NCBI GenBank assembly: GCA_003225005.1
Contig: QIAN01000055.1
Span: 3,275 to 67,274 of the forward strand
Direction of reading: 5' to 3'
DNA length: 64,000 nt
From: Acidobacteriota bacterium
Lineage (GTDB): Bacteria > Acidobacteriota > Terriglobia > Terriglobales > Acidobacteriaceae
The position numbers and the translations under genes are program-made. The notes under the pieces are model-generated. The model was given only the letters and a program-made list of their open reading frames with translations. It did not search any database and was not told where the DNA came from. Numbering within the stretch: position 1 is the stretch's first letter; each line of letters begins with the position of its first letter. Below, piece by piece: positions 47,777 to 55,841 of this stretch.

Positions 47777-48508
47777 GTGAAGCACCAAAAAATGAAATGG
47801 TTCACGCTCGTTCTGGCGATGAGCGCCGTTCTCATGCTGGGAGCCTGCAAAAAGAAAGCAGCCCCACCGCCGCCACCAGCTCCACCGCCGCCGGCACCAA
47901 CAGCCTCATTGTCGGCCAACCCCAACACCGTTCAGCAGGGGCAGTCGACGACGCTGACTTGGGAAACCACCGGCGCCACCGACGTTTCGATTGATGGCAT
48001 CGGCGCTGTGCAGCCCAGCGGCTCGCAGCAAGTGACGCCAGCGGAGTCGACCACTTACCATCTGACTGCCAAGGGAGCCGGCGGAACGCAGGAGGCGACC
48101 GCGCGCGTTACGGTCACTCAGTCTGCGCCGCCAACCGCTACTGCTCCATCGCCCACGGAAGAAGATTTGTTCGCGTCGAGCATCAAGGACATTTACTTCG
48201 ACTACGACAAGTCCGAAATTCGTGGCGACCAGCAGAGTTCGATCCAGGCTGACGCTCAGTTCCTCAGTCAGCACTCCAACGTGAATTTCACGGTTGAGGG
48301 TCACTGTGACGAACGCGGATCCACGGAGTACAACCTCGCTCTGGGCGACCAGCGCGCAGTTTCCGTGAAAACTGCGCTGACCCAGGCCGGAGTCCCAGTC
48401 AGCCGCATCAAAACGATCAGCTACGGCAAGGAGAAACCCTTCTGCACTGAGTCCAATGAAGCGTGCTGGCAGCAGAATCGCCGGGGCCATTTCGTTTACC
48501 AGAAGTAA
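47777..48508 (+). CDS. pal: Peptidoglycan-associated lipoprotein Pal (OmpA-C) with an extra N-terminal beta-sandwich-like module
   Basis: Lipobox LMLGAC and a Pro-rich linker precede a ~70-aa module (LSANPNTVQQGQSTTLTWETTGATDVSIDG..YHLTAKGAGG). An OmpA-like domain follows (IYFDYDKSEIR.., GHCDERGSTEYNLALGDQRA). Confidence 0.85.
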   Translation: MKHQKMKWFTLVLAMSAVLMLGACKKKAAPPPPPAPPPPAPTASLSANPNTVQQGQSTTLTWETTGATDVSIDGIGAVQPSGSQQVTPAESTTYHLTAKGAGGTQEATARVTVTQSAPPTATAPSPTEEDLFASSIKDIYFDYDKSEIRGDQQSSIQADAQFLSQHSNVNFTVEGHCDERGSTEYNLALGDQRAVSVKTALTQAGVPVSRIKTISYGKEKPFCTESNEACWQQNRRGHFVYQK

Positions 48509-48519
48509 TTGATCTGGAG

Positions 48520-48547
48520 ACGAGGGGTGGCTGAAACCATCCCTCGT
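48520..48547 (+). terminator. Hairpin terminator after pal
   Basis: ACGAGGGGTGG-ctgaaa-CCATCCCTCGT forms an 11-bp stem with one G-U pair, 12 nt after the pal stop. Only a weak T-rich tail follows. Confidence 0.45.
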
Positions 48548-48746
48548 TGATCAGGTTTTAGCCGATTCCCGGCATCGTTGATTTGTCTGGGTGAGGTTCG
48601 CCTCGCTTGGCAGACGCTTATTGGCTAGCTCGTCTCTTGTCTTCCTGTTACCTATTACCTCTGGCGGTTGCAAGCTCTCTTTCCATCCATAAAACTGACA
48701 GCGTATGGGATACTCAAGGCATCTAAACTCGACTTAGGAACCGATT

Positions 48747-49595
48747 ATGAAACTACAACGATTTTTTAGGGTGTTCGGTCTGCTGGCGGCGCTCGGCTTG
48801 GATGTGATGCCGGCCTGGGGCGTAAACAAGGAAATCATCGAACTCCAGACCCAGGTGCAGCAACTGCAACAGCAGATGACGCTGATGCAGCGCAGCTTTG
48901 ACGAGCGGATGGGCGTAATGAGAAACCTCGTCGAACAGGATACCGACGCGGTCAACAAAGTCGCGACCGCGATCACGTCCCTGCAAGTCATCCTCCAAAA
49001 ACAGCAGGGAGACGCTTCCGCGCGTCTCGACCAACTCTCGGGCCAAGTCCAGGCGCTTAACGATACGCTAGATGAATTGAAAACGCGCCTCGCCAAAGTC
49101 AGCAAGCAGCTCGAGGACATGCAGGGCACGCAGCAGAGTCTCGCGGCCCAGCAGGCGCAGCAACAGGCCCAGCAGCAGGCTCAGGCGCAAGCACCTCCGC
49201 CTGACGTCCTCTACAACAATGGGTTGCGCGATTACAATGGCGCCAAAAATGACCTCGCCATCCAGGAATTCTCCGACTACATCAAGTTCTATCCCAATAC
49301 CGATCTTGCGGGGAACGCCTACTTCTATCTAGCCGAGATTCAATACAAGCAGGGGAACTTTCAGCAGGCGGTGCAGAATTACGATCAGGTGCTACAGAAC
49401 TTTCCCAGCGGTAGCAAAGCTGCGTCGGCGCAATTGAAGAAGGGATTTGCCTTGATTGAGCTCGGCAAGCAGGACGATGGAGTCCGTGAATTGCGCCACT
49501 TGATCCAGCGCTATCCGCATTCCAACGAAGCCCTGCAGGCACGCGACCGGTTGCGGAAGTTGGGAATTGCTTCGTCCATCCGACCCGGAGAGTGA
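48747..49595 (+). CDS. ybgF: Tol-Pal system protein YbgF/CpoB
   Basis: 282 aa with a signal peptide, a Gln-rich coiled coil and C-terminal TPRs (YNNGLRDYNGAKNDLAIQEFSDYIKFYPNTDLAGNAYFYLAEIQY..). Confidence 0.8.
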   Translation: MKLQRFFRVFGLLAALGLDVMPAWGVNKEIIELQTQVQQLQQQMTLMQRSFDERMGVMRNLVEQDTDAVNKVATAITSLQVILQKQQGDASARLDQLSGQVQALNDTLDELKTRLAKVSKQLEDMQGTQQSLAAQQAQQQAQQQAQAQAPPPDVLYNNGLRDYNGAKNDLAIQEFSDYIKFYPNTDLAGNAYFYLAEIQYKQGNFQQAVQNYDQVLQNFPSGSKAASAQLKKGFALIELGKQDDGVRELRHLIQRYPHSNEALQARDRLRKLGIASSIRPGE

Positions 49596-49641
49596 TCGCA
49601 ACGTAGCGCCGTACGCTGCTCCCGCTGCGACGCGCTCCGGC

Positions 49642-49833
49642 TCAGACCGTCTTCGGATGCTTTGGGCGATGATGCTTCGCCGCCTTATGGGCATGATGCT
49701 TCTTGGCGGCGTGGGGACGGCTGGCAGACACCGGCGGTGCCGCGGGTGTAGCTTGTAGGAGCACATCGCTCCACGCGAACGCGCTCAACAACGTGAATAC
49801 GCAGATAGCCAGTCTGAAAACAAATTGCTTCAT
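49642..49833 (-). CDS. Small secreted His/Lys-rich peptide
   Basis: 63 aa with a signal peptide (MKQFVFRLAICVFTLLSAFAWS). The tail is HAAKKHHAHKAAKHHRPKHPK. Confidence 0.4.
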   Translation of the reverse strand: MKQFVFRLAICVFTLLSAFAWSDVLLQATPAAPPVSASRPHAAKKHHAHKAAKHHRPKHPKTV

Positions 49834-49966
49834 ACGCCTCCTCCATCTTCAAACACCCGCATACTTTATAACGCTTCCCTGAGGAAAAGTTTCGCGGTAG
49901 GCTAAATTCTGTGGACAAACTTGGTTAACACTACCAGATTCCGTATCATTTTCCCAAGGAGTAATC

Positions 49967-50197
49967 ATGCCATATTCCAATCGCGATCAGGATAAATCTA
50001 AAGGTGCTACCGAAGACGACGGCCGCATAAATACCGTCCCCGGCAATAGCAGCTTGCCAGGCCAACTCGGACACCGCGATCCTGACCCAATTATTAAGAG
50101 CTCGGACACCGATTTTCCTGAGTCCGGCGAGAACCCCGAACACAGCGGTGAACCCACGGTTGAAGACAAGGATATCAAGCAAAAACGCTCTGCGTGA
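49967..50197 (+). CDS. Small acidic hypothetical protein
   Basis: 76-aa hydrophilic ORF preceded by caaggagtaatc. No family recognised. Confidence 0.4.
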   Translation: MPYSNRDQDKSKGATEDDGRINTVPGNSSLPGQLGHRDPDPIIKSSDTDFPESGENPEHSGEPTVEDKDIKQKRSA

Positions 50198-50241
50198 GAT
50201 CTTCAACGCCGAACTTCAGGGCTGGACGATGGGCCTAGCGA

Positions 50242-50767
50242 ATGCACGCGAAGAAACTTGGCTTCTTGCTGAGCATGGCACTGGTAGCCTCTGCCATTCT
50301 GGCCACGAGAATCCAGGAAGTCGATGTGCCGATCTGGCAGCGTTTCGCCGACGCAAACCGCGTCAATCCCTTGACGCTGCACCTGCAAGGCGAATTCGTC
50401 GAAAGCAATCTTGGCACAGCACGCGAGCCAGACGGGTCGTTTACGCTACGAATGATTGCCGATTGCAGTACATGTTTGTGCCGCACTGCGTGTTAGTACC
50501 GCGGGTGTTTCGGTGCATTTACGGATCACCAGCGCCGACCTGGTGTATTCGCTCACCTTCACCGGTACCGATTACGGGGTGAAAGTCGCTCCCGGCGTGG
50601 TTAGCCAAGCTACGCTGCAATTTTCTCAACAGGCAGAATATCCAGCGCCTTGCCGTGAATTCTGTGGTGCCGGGCACTTCGCCATGCGTTCCCGGTTGCG
50701 CGTAATTCCCCAGAAGCAGTTCCCTATTGTCAGTCCAGACGAAAGAGGGAATCGTGCTTCGCGATAG
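50242..50767 (+). pseudogene. Cupredoxin / cytochrome c oxidase subunit II-like protein, two frameshifts
   Basis: MHAKKLGFLL..FTLRMIA breaks near 50462, passes through RLQYMFVPHCVLVP in a second frame, and breaks again near 50500. It then reads AGVSVHLRITSADLVYSLTF..YPAPCREFCGAGHFAM, a CuA-type C..C..H..M site. Confidence 0.65.
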
Positions 50768-51550
50768 TTTGCGCCGTCGACTACGCGGCGGCCGTCTTTC
50801 TCAGTTTACCGTTTTTGCGCTACTGGGTGGTGCAATCCCTGTTGGCGACAACCTTCGTGCAATTGCGGACCCAGACGCCCGCGATTCATGTCCCGTCCAA
50901 CGTCGCTTGGACTGAAGAGAACCTTGCCATCGCCTCCAACGGCGATGCCTTTCGCGGATCGCTGCTGGTTAAGCGCTGCGATCATCCATGGCGTCGAGGT
51001 CTTCAGCGACCGGCCTACCACTCCAAATCTCGCCTCCCTCGACCGGCTTGCTGTTTGGAAAGAACTACAAGACTTTCACCTACGGCAAGCGGATCTCACC
51101 GGTGATGCAGCCCATCGCAGCAATCCTTTCAGCGCGTGACTCGGCTGATCTTGCTGCCTATTACTCGATGCTGCCCACCTTCCCCAACCCGCAAGATAAT
51201 CGCAGCTTTCCTCAGGCCGCGCCGATCCGGCTCAGACAAATCGGGCAGCGCTCCTGGTTGCCCTTGGGGACGCACAGCGCGGCATACCGCCTTGCCAGTC
51301 CCGCCATGGTCCCGTCGCGACCCTTAAAGCCGCACCGTCGCTGGCTACTCAGAATTCCGATTACGTTGCCAATCAGCTCGATCGGTTTGCTAGCGGCGCA
51401 CGCGCGAACGACATCAACATGCCGATGCGGATCGTCGCCAGCCAGCTTACCCCGGACGAGCGGCACCTGCTCGCCCAATACTACGAAGCCGGCTTCGGAA
51501 GACTTCCCGCGGGCGCTACGACACCGCAGGGAATGAAGGACATGAAATAA
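50753..51550 (+). pseudogene. Di-haem cytochrome c4-like protein, multiple frameshifts and eroded haem motifs
   Basis: Pieces lie in three frames: WTEENLAIASNGDAFRGSLLVKRC / SAAIIHGVEVFSDRPTTPNLASLD / SPVMQPIAAILSARDSADLAAYYSMLP / GDAQRGIPPCQSRHG / LATQNSDYVANQLDRFASGARANDINMPMRIVASQLTPDERHLLAQYY. Neither CxxCH site is intact. Confidence 0.6.
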
Positions 51551-51578
51551 CCGGTGCTATTTCCTCTCATGCGTCGGG

Positions 51579-52553
51579 CTATTCAGTCTTCTTCTTCACT
51601 CTTACAACCGTGATCTTGGAAAATCCTTCGTCAAAGGTTGGGGCTTTGAGTTTCGTAGCCATGCGCCGCATGACGTCCTCGGGCACAACTCGGTCACGGC
51701 GCTGGTGACGCTCAATGCAGACTTCGAGCGGCACATCGAAGAACACGGCCTGCACTTCATAGCCGTAGTCTTTTGCCAGCTTGATCCAATTATGGCGCTC
51801 CTGCGGCGTGAGATTGGTGGTGTCCACATAATTCATGGGCCGCCGCGCGATAAGGCGGGCCTTCAGCATGGAGCGGAGGTTTGAGAAGACCAGGTCCTGG
51901 AAACGCTGCTCGGCAGGATCGTCAAACAGCAATGCCCGTACCATATCGCTCGAAAGCGGCACGACGTTGTTCCGCTTGAACCAGGAACTCTTGCCTGATC
52001 CTGGGAGCCCAATCGCGAGAACAACGACGCCTTTCGGTATGCGCGACGCTACGACAGGAGGAACCGCACGCGGTCCGGTGGGCGCGGCCGATTCTGCAAC
52101 AGGGGTAGCAGCGCGACCTGCCGCCGATGGCGTTTCCTCCGAAGGCGCTTCAACGATCCCTTTGACTGCAGCGGGAGTGAAGGCTCGGGCAACTGACTGC
52201 TGCCGATCGCGACCCCCTCGCCCGCGCCCGCCACGGCGCCGACGACCTCGATTGCGGTCTGCTGGCACGCTTCGTGAAATCGGTTCTCCTTGTGCCGGGG
52301 ACGGGCCACGATCACCGGGCTCGGTTGCGTCCGCACTCGCACTTTCGACCTCAATTTCTCTTCTTTTAGCCGCTTCTTTCGTAGGAGCTTCGCGCTTCTC
52401 GTTTACGGGACGATCCTCTTCCGGCGGCCGGTGCGGCGGAATCTCAGCTTCGAAGTAAGCAGGCTGGAGCGGCGGCGGAGGCGTCGTTTCTCCGCCTTCG
52501 GCGGCAGACTTTTTCTTGCGGCGCTGTAGGCGCTCGCGCATCCATTTGCGCAT
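51579..52553 (-). CDS. P-loop kinase (AAA_33 / polynucleotide-kinase-like) with long Arg/Gly/Pro-rich N-terminal region
   Basis: Track ORF 51579..52589, likely starting at Met 52553 (MRKWMRERLQRRKKK). About 190 aa are disordered, including RNRGRRRRGGRGRGGRDRQ. The kinase domain follows (VLAIGLPGSGKSSWF, YVDTTNLTPQER, QAVFFDVPLEVCIERHQRRDR). Confidence 0.65.
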   Translation of the reverse strand: MRKWMRERLQRRKKKSAAEGGETTPPPPLQPAYFEAEIPPHRPPEEDRPVNEKREAPTKEAAKRREIEVESASADATEPGDRGPSPAQGEPISRSVPADRNRGRRRRGGRGRGGRDRQQSVARAFTPAAVKGIVEAPSEETPSAAGRAATPVAESAAPTGPRAVPPVVASRIPKGVVVLAIGLPGSGKSSWFKRNNVVPLSSDMVRALLFDDPAEQRFQDLVFSNLRSMLKARLIARRPMNYVDTTNLTPQERHNWIKLAKDYGYEVQAVFFDVPLEVCIERHQRRDRVVPEDVMRRMATKLKAPTFDEGFSKITVVRVKKKTE

Positions 52554-52709
52554 GTTTGGCTTGTAACACAGAAACCGCAACCTGGGCAATCGGCGGAGCG
52601 TCTTCGGGAACCACCAGCGATAGTGGGAGGAGTTCGTTCTTGGGCTTGCTACCGTCTTCGAGACTGAACAACTGGTGGGAGCGAAGATCTGTGAGGCATT
52701 GAATCGAAG

Positions 52710-52737
52710 TGGCAGGGACGACGGGACTCGAACCTGC
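52710..52737 (-). other. tRNA-like 3' fragment (T loop, acceptor strand and CCA only)
   Basis: The reverse complement reads GCAGGTTCGAGTCCCGTCGTCCCTGCCA. No matching 5' acceptor strand (GCAGGGA) lies within 100 nt, and the T stem has a mismatch. Confidence 0.3.
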
Positions 52738-52894
52738 GGCCTCTGCCCTGACAGCGCTGGGTGAATTGGTTTTACAACAACTTAGAACGACGCGGGGACT
52801 GGCAAATCTCGCGCAAGTCGTACAAGACACCATGAATTGTGGGTTGGAAATTTGCCTTTCCATGCAACCAAGGCGCTCAGTCCTTTCCCCGAAT

Positions 52895-53077
52895 TTGGAC
52901 TTCTTCTCGTCTGGGTGGATACATTCCGGGCTTTGGACCATTTTTATTGTACTTCTGATTCTGTGGCTTCGAGGTTTCAGTTTGCATGTGGGCGGAGGTC
53001 TGATCCACTTGCTGCTGGTTGTGGGGTTGGTGGTTCTGGTCATTAACCTACTGGGCGGACGGCGAAGTGCATCCTAG
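52895..53077 (+). CDS. lmo0937-family small membrane protein (start codon uncertain)
   Basis: ..GLWTIFIVLLILWLRGFSLHVGGGLIHLLLVVGLVVLVINLLGGRR matches the LWTI..ILLILW..G......GG.IHLLLV......I.L..GRR family pattern. There is no in-frame ATG, so TTG 52895 is only a guess. Confidence 0.45.
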   Translation: MDFFSSGWIHSGLWTIFIVLLILWLRGFSLHVGGGLIHLLLVVGLVVLVINLLGGRRSAS

Positions 53078-53182
53078 ACCCGGCTCTATTCTCAAACAGA
53101 TCAGCATGACCCGGTCGATATGTCTTCGTTCCTGTAACGCTCTCGAAGTGGTTTGGCACTTGGCCCTTCAATCTCGCTTAAC

Positions 53183-53473
53183 TCACAGTCGAAAAGGCAG
53201 CGAGCCCCACAGATCTCTTGCGGAACCTGCACTTGTTGTCGCGAACTGCTGATCTAGCTCTGAGCGCCGGTTCTTGGTTTGAGCTGGCGCGAAGTCGAGG
53301 ACCACGCGTGACGGCACATCGCCGTGTTCAAGGCGGTCGAAGATCTGGTTGGTCGAAGGTAGGGGCTGCAGCTCGATATCGGCTTTGACTTTGCCTCCGA
53401 CAGCGAAGGCGAGGGCTTCGGCCATATCCTCTGCGGCGAGCGGTTTATTCCTCGCGTGAAGGACGTGCGCCAA
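53183..53473 (-). pseudogene. C-terminal relic of a Zn-dependent alcohol dehydrogenase
   Basis: ..EDMAEALAFAVGGKVKADIELQPLPSTNQIFDRLEHGDVPSRVVLDF is the last ~70 residues of an AdhP-type enzyme. Everything upstream is missing. Confidence 0.6.
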
Positions 53474-53479
53474 TCCGAG

Positions 53480-54093
53480 ACGAACACTTGATCGTCTGCA
53501 GTGAGCGCGACGCCATAGGGATAATGATCGGTAGAAAACCGTTGCGTGATCTCACCGGTCGCGGCGTTCACCACAGCGAGCCGATCGCCGACGTCCTCGG
53601 CGACATAAAGGAATTTTCCGTTGGGCGAGAACTCTAGTCCCGCCGGATAGTTTGTGCCTGTGCCATCCGCCGTTTTTGCCTTCGCCAGTTCGAACTTGTT
53701 CTCGAGGGTGGCCGCGCCGTCGTTCCATGCGTAGACGAAGAGTATGTCAGTGTTGCCACCGGAGACGCAGAGGTGATGGCCGTCGGGCGAGAAGACGGCG
53801 CCGTAGAACGCGCCATCCTGGAGCAGCGTCTGCGTGAGATTCCGCGTCTTCAGATCGACGACCTGAACGCCCCGCTCGCGCCAGCCGCTGAGCACGACCA
53901 CGGCTCTGTTCTTTTCAGGCGTGAGTACGAGATTGATCGGCAAGCTGCCGAGGTCAACCGCTTCGCCGGCGGGATCGAGTCGCACACCGATCGGCAGCGG
54001 CGAAGTGAAGAGCAGCTTCCTTTGGGCGGACACCGACGTGCACAGCAATGTGGAAAGCGAGGGAGCGAGTCGACAGATGCGGAGCGAAAACAT
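53480..54093 (-). pseudogene. Secreted YncE/lactonase-type beta-propeller, 3'-truncated
   Basis: A signal peptide is followed by blades (AVVVLSGW.., GAVFSPDGHHLCVSGG, GLEFSPNGKFLYVAEDVGDRLAVVN, PYGVALTADDQVFVS). After that the same frame runs as nonsense into the ADH relic. Confidence 0.6.
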
Positions 54094-54213
54094 AACAGGC
54101 GTTCCTCACAGACCTGGCACAACAGACGACATACCCGTCACTCGGGAATTGATCACAGATATCGCAGCGGAAGGCCAAGATTCCAAAGACAATTCTTAGG
54201 GCGCCCTACTGTG

Positions 54214-54681
54214 TCAGGTTCGCAAACTTGTCGGATATTTTTCCCGATGTCGATGACTTACGAGGAGCGGTCTAGCTACGACATCTCTGTTCGCGTTCTG
54301 AAATATGCCCTTGCCGCACTGATCCAAGGTATCGCATCGGCAATTCGTCATCAACTTTTTGAACACGCCTCGCACTGCTTTTATTCCATCCATCAGATCA
54401 TTCAACTCCGCAAGCTTTCTTTGGGAGAGCGTTCGCCAGCGTTCCGAAGCGCGAGTGATATCGCGGAAACCAAAGAACAAGTGTCGGATTTCAGTCAATG
54501 TAAAACCGAGTTGACGCGCACGCTGAATGATTGCTAGCCGGTAAAGCGCCGTGGTGTCGTATCGTCTCTGCCCGCTCATTCGCGGGGCGCGGGGCAGCAG
54601 TCCGATTCTCTCGTAGTACCGAATCGCCGATGCTTGGAGTCCAACTTGTCGCGCCACCTCGGAAATCGTTAATTCTGGCAT
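54214..54681 (-). CDS. MerR-family transcriptional regulator with C-terminal Cys cluster
   Basis: 155 aa. The HTH is LTISEVARQVGLQASAIRYYERIGLL, followed by a dimerisation helix and then C114-x-C116-x5-C122 (NCRCDTLDQC). Confidence 0.8.
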   Translation of the reverse strand: MPELTISEVARQVGLQASAIRYYERIGLLPRAPRMSGQRRYDTTALYRLAIIQRARQLGFTLTEIRHLFFGFRDITRASERWRTLSQRKLAELNDLMDGIKAVRGVFKKLMTNCRCDTLDQCGKGIFQNANRDVVARPLLVSHRHREKYPTSLRT

Positions 54682-54749
54682 AAGGACATTCTAGATCACC
54701 CCTTTCCGATCAACATCCGAACGTTGACAGATTCTTTACCAAAAACCCC

Positions 54750-54780
54750 TTGCCTTAAAGTCGACTTTAAGTTGTAGCGT
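54750..54780 (+). promoter_or_regulatory. MerR-type promoter with 19-bp spacer and perfect 18-bp palindromic operator
   Basis: TTGCCT (54750-54755), a 19-nt spacer, then TAGCGT (54775-54780). The spacer holds the perfect palindrome CTTAAAGTCGACTTTAAG (54754-54771). The site lies between the divergent merR-like and dinB-like genes. Confidence 0.6.
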
Positions 54781-54828
54781 AATGGACGAAGCGACAGAGC
54801 GTTTGGAGCTTGGCCGCCAGGAGGAGAA

Positions 54829-55434
54829 GTGCTCATGCAGAAAATGAAGTCGCTATTGATGCTCGTGCTGTGGTTAACTTCCGGCGCGACTTTGGCACAA
54901 GTCGGCCAGCAGCGCGTTGACGCTAAGGAAACTGCCAGCCTCGACGCAGAACGGGAAAAGCACGCTCTGCAGGTCTTGGCGAAGCTCACCGAGAAAGTGA
55001 TCGTGTCTGCCGCTGATGCCATGCCCGCCGACAAGTATGGCTTTGCGCCAACTGATGGTGAATTCAAGGGCGTGCGTACCTTCGGTAAAATGGTGAAACA
55101 CCTGTCCGCAACCAATTACATTCTGGCCGCGGCAGCCTTGGGAGAGGAGCCACCGGCAGATGCTGGCGACGAGCTAGGGCCTAAAGCTGTGAGAACCAAA
55201 GATGAAATTCTTAGATACCTGAAAGGCTCATTCGCGTATCTGGACAAAGCAATGGAAGTTATCGGCCAGAAGACTGTGTCCGTTAAATCCTCGCCGATCT
55301 CGCCCCTGAAAAGCGCGGAGGTAACTCGCCTGGCATTGGTGGTGGAGTCCATCGTGCATGCTTTTGACCATTACGGACAAATGGTCGAGTATCTGCGCAT
55401 GAACGGCGTCGTTCCGCCCGCGAGTCGGCCATGA
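54829..55434 (+). CDS. DinB-family protein with signal peptide
   Basis: 201 aa. DinB_2-type four-helix features include FGKMVKHLSATNYIL and VESIVHAFDHYGQMVEYLRMNG (His triad region). Confidence 0.6.
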   Translation: MLMQKMKSLLMLVLWLTSGATLAQVGQQRVDAKETASLDAEREKHALQVLAKLTEKVIVSAADAMPADKYGFAPTDGEFKGVRTFGKMVKHLSATNYILAAAALGEEPPADAGDELGPKAVRTKDEILRYLKGSFAYLDKAMEVIGQKTVSVKSSPISPLKSAEVTRLALVVESIVHAFDHYGQMVEYLRMNGVVPPASRP

Positions 55435-55763
55435 AGCACGGTTCTGATGACATGCCGATAGCTTGCGGTTTGACGAGCGCGGAACTACGCGAGCGTGAGG
55501 CAACGCTCCTTGCCCAATTTAGGTCTGCTGTGATTGGAACTGAAGAACTCGGGGATGGGTATGCTTTCCGCGTTTCCGGCGATGGCACGTGGATTGCGAT
55601 TATAGCGAAAATGATTGTGGCAGAAAGGGAGTGTTGCCCCTTCTTGACCTTCGAGTTGTTTGCCCAACCCAATGTGGGGCCGGTAATCGTCCGCGTGACT
55701 GGCCCCGCTGGTACCAAGGACTTCTTGAAAACTGTCTGGTGTAAACCCGATGCGTCTATCTAG
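55431..55763 (+). CDS. Uncharacterised protein with ERECCPF motif
   Basis: 110 aa with a 4-nt overlap with the dinB-like gene. It contains CGLTSAELREREA..LIVAERECCPFLTF, a vicinal Cys pair plus an N-terminal Cys. Confidence 0.55.
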   Translation: MKHGSDDMPIACGLTSAELREREATLLAQFRSAVIGTEELGDGYAFRVSGDGTWIAIIAKMIVAERECCPFLTFELFAQPNVGPVIVRVTGPAGTKDFLKTVWCKPDASI

Positions 55764-55841
55764 CAGTGGTCGGCAACTCGGAAGTTGTGAGGTTGTTGGC
55801 GTGACGTCGCGGTAGAACTCACTGGCCACGCAGGAGCCCCG

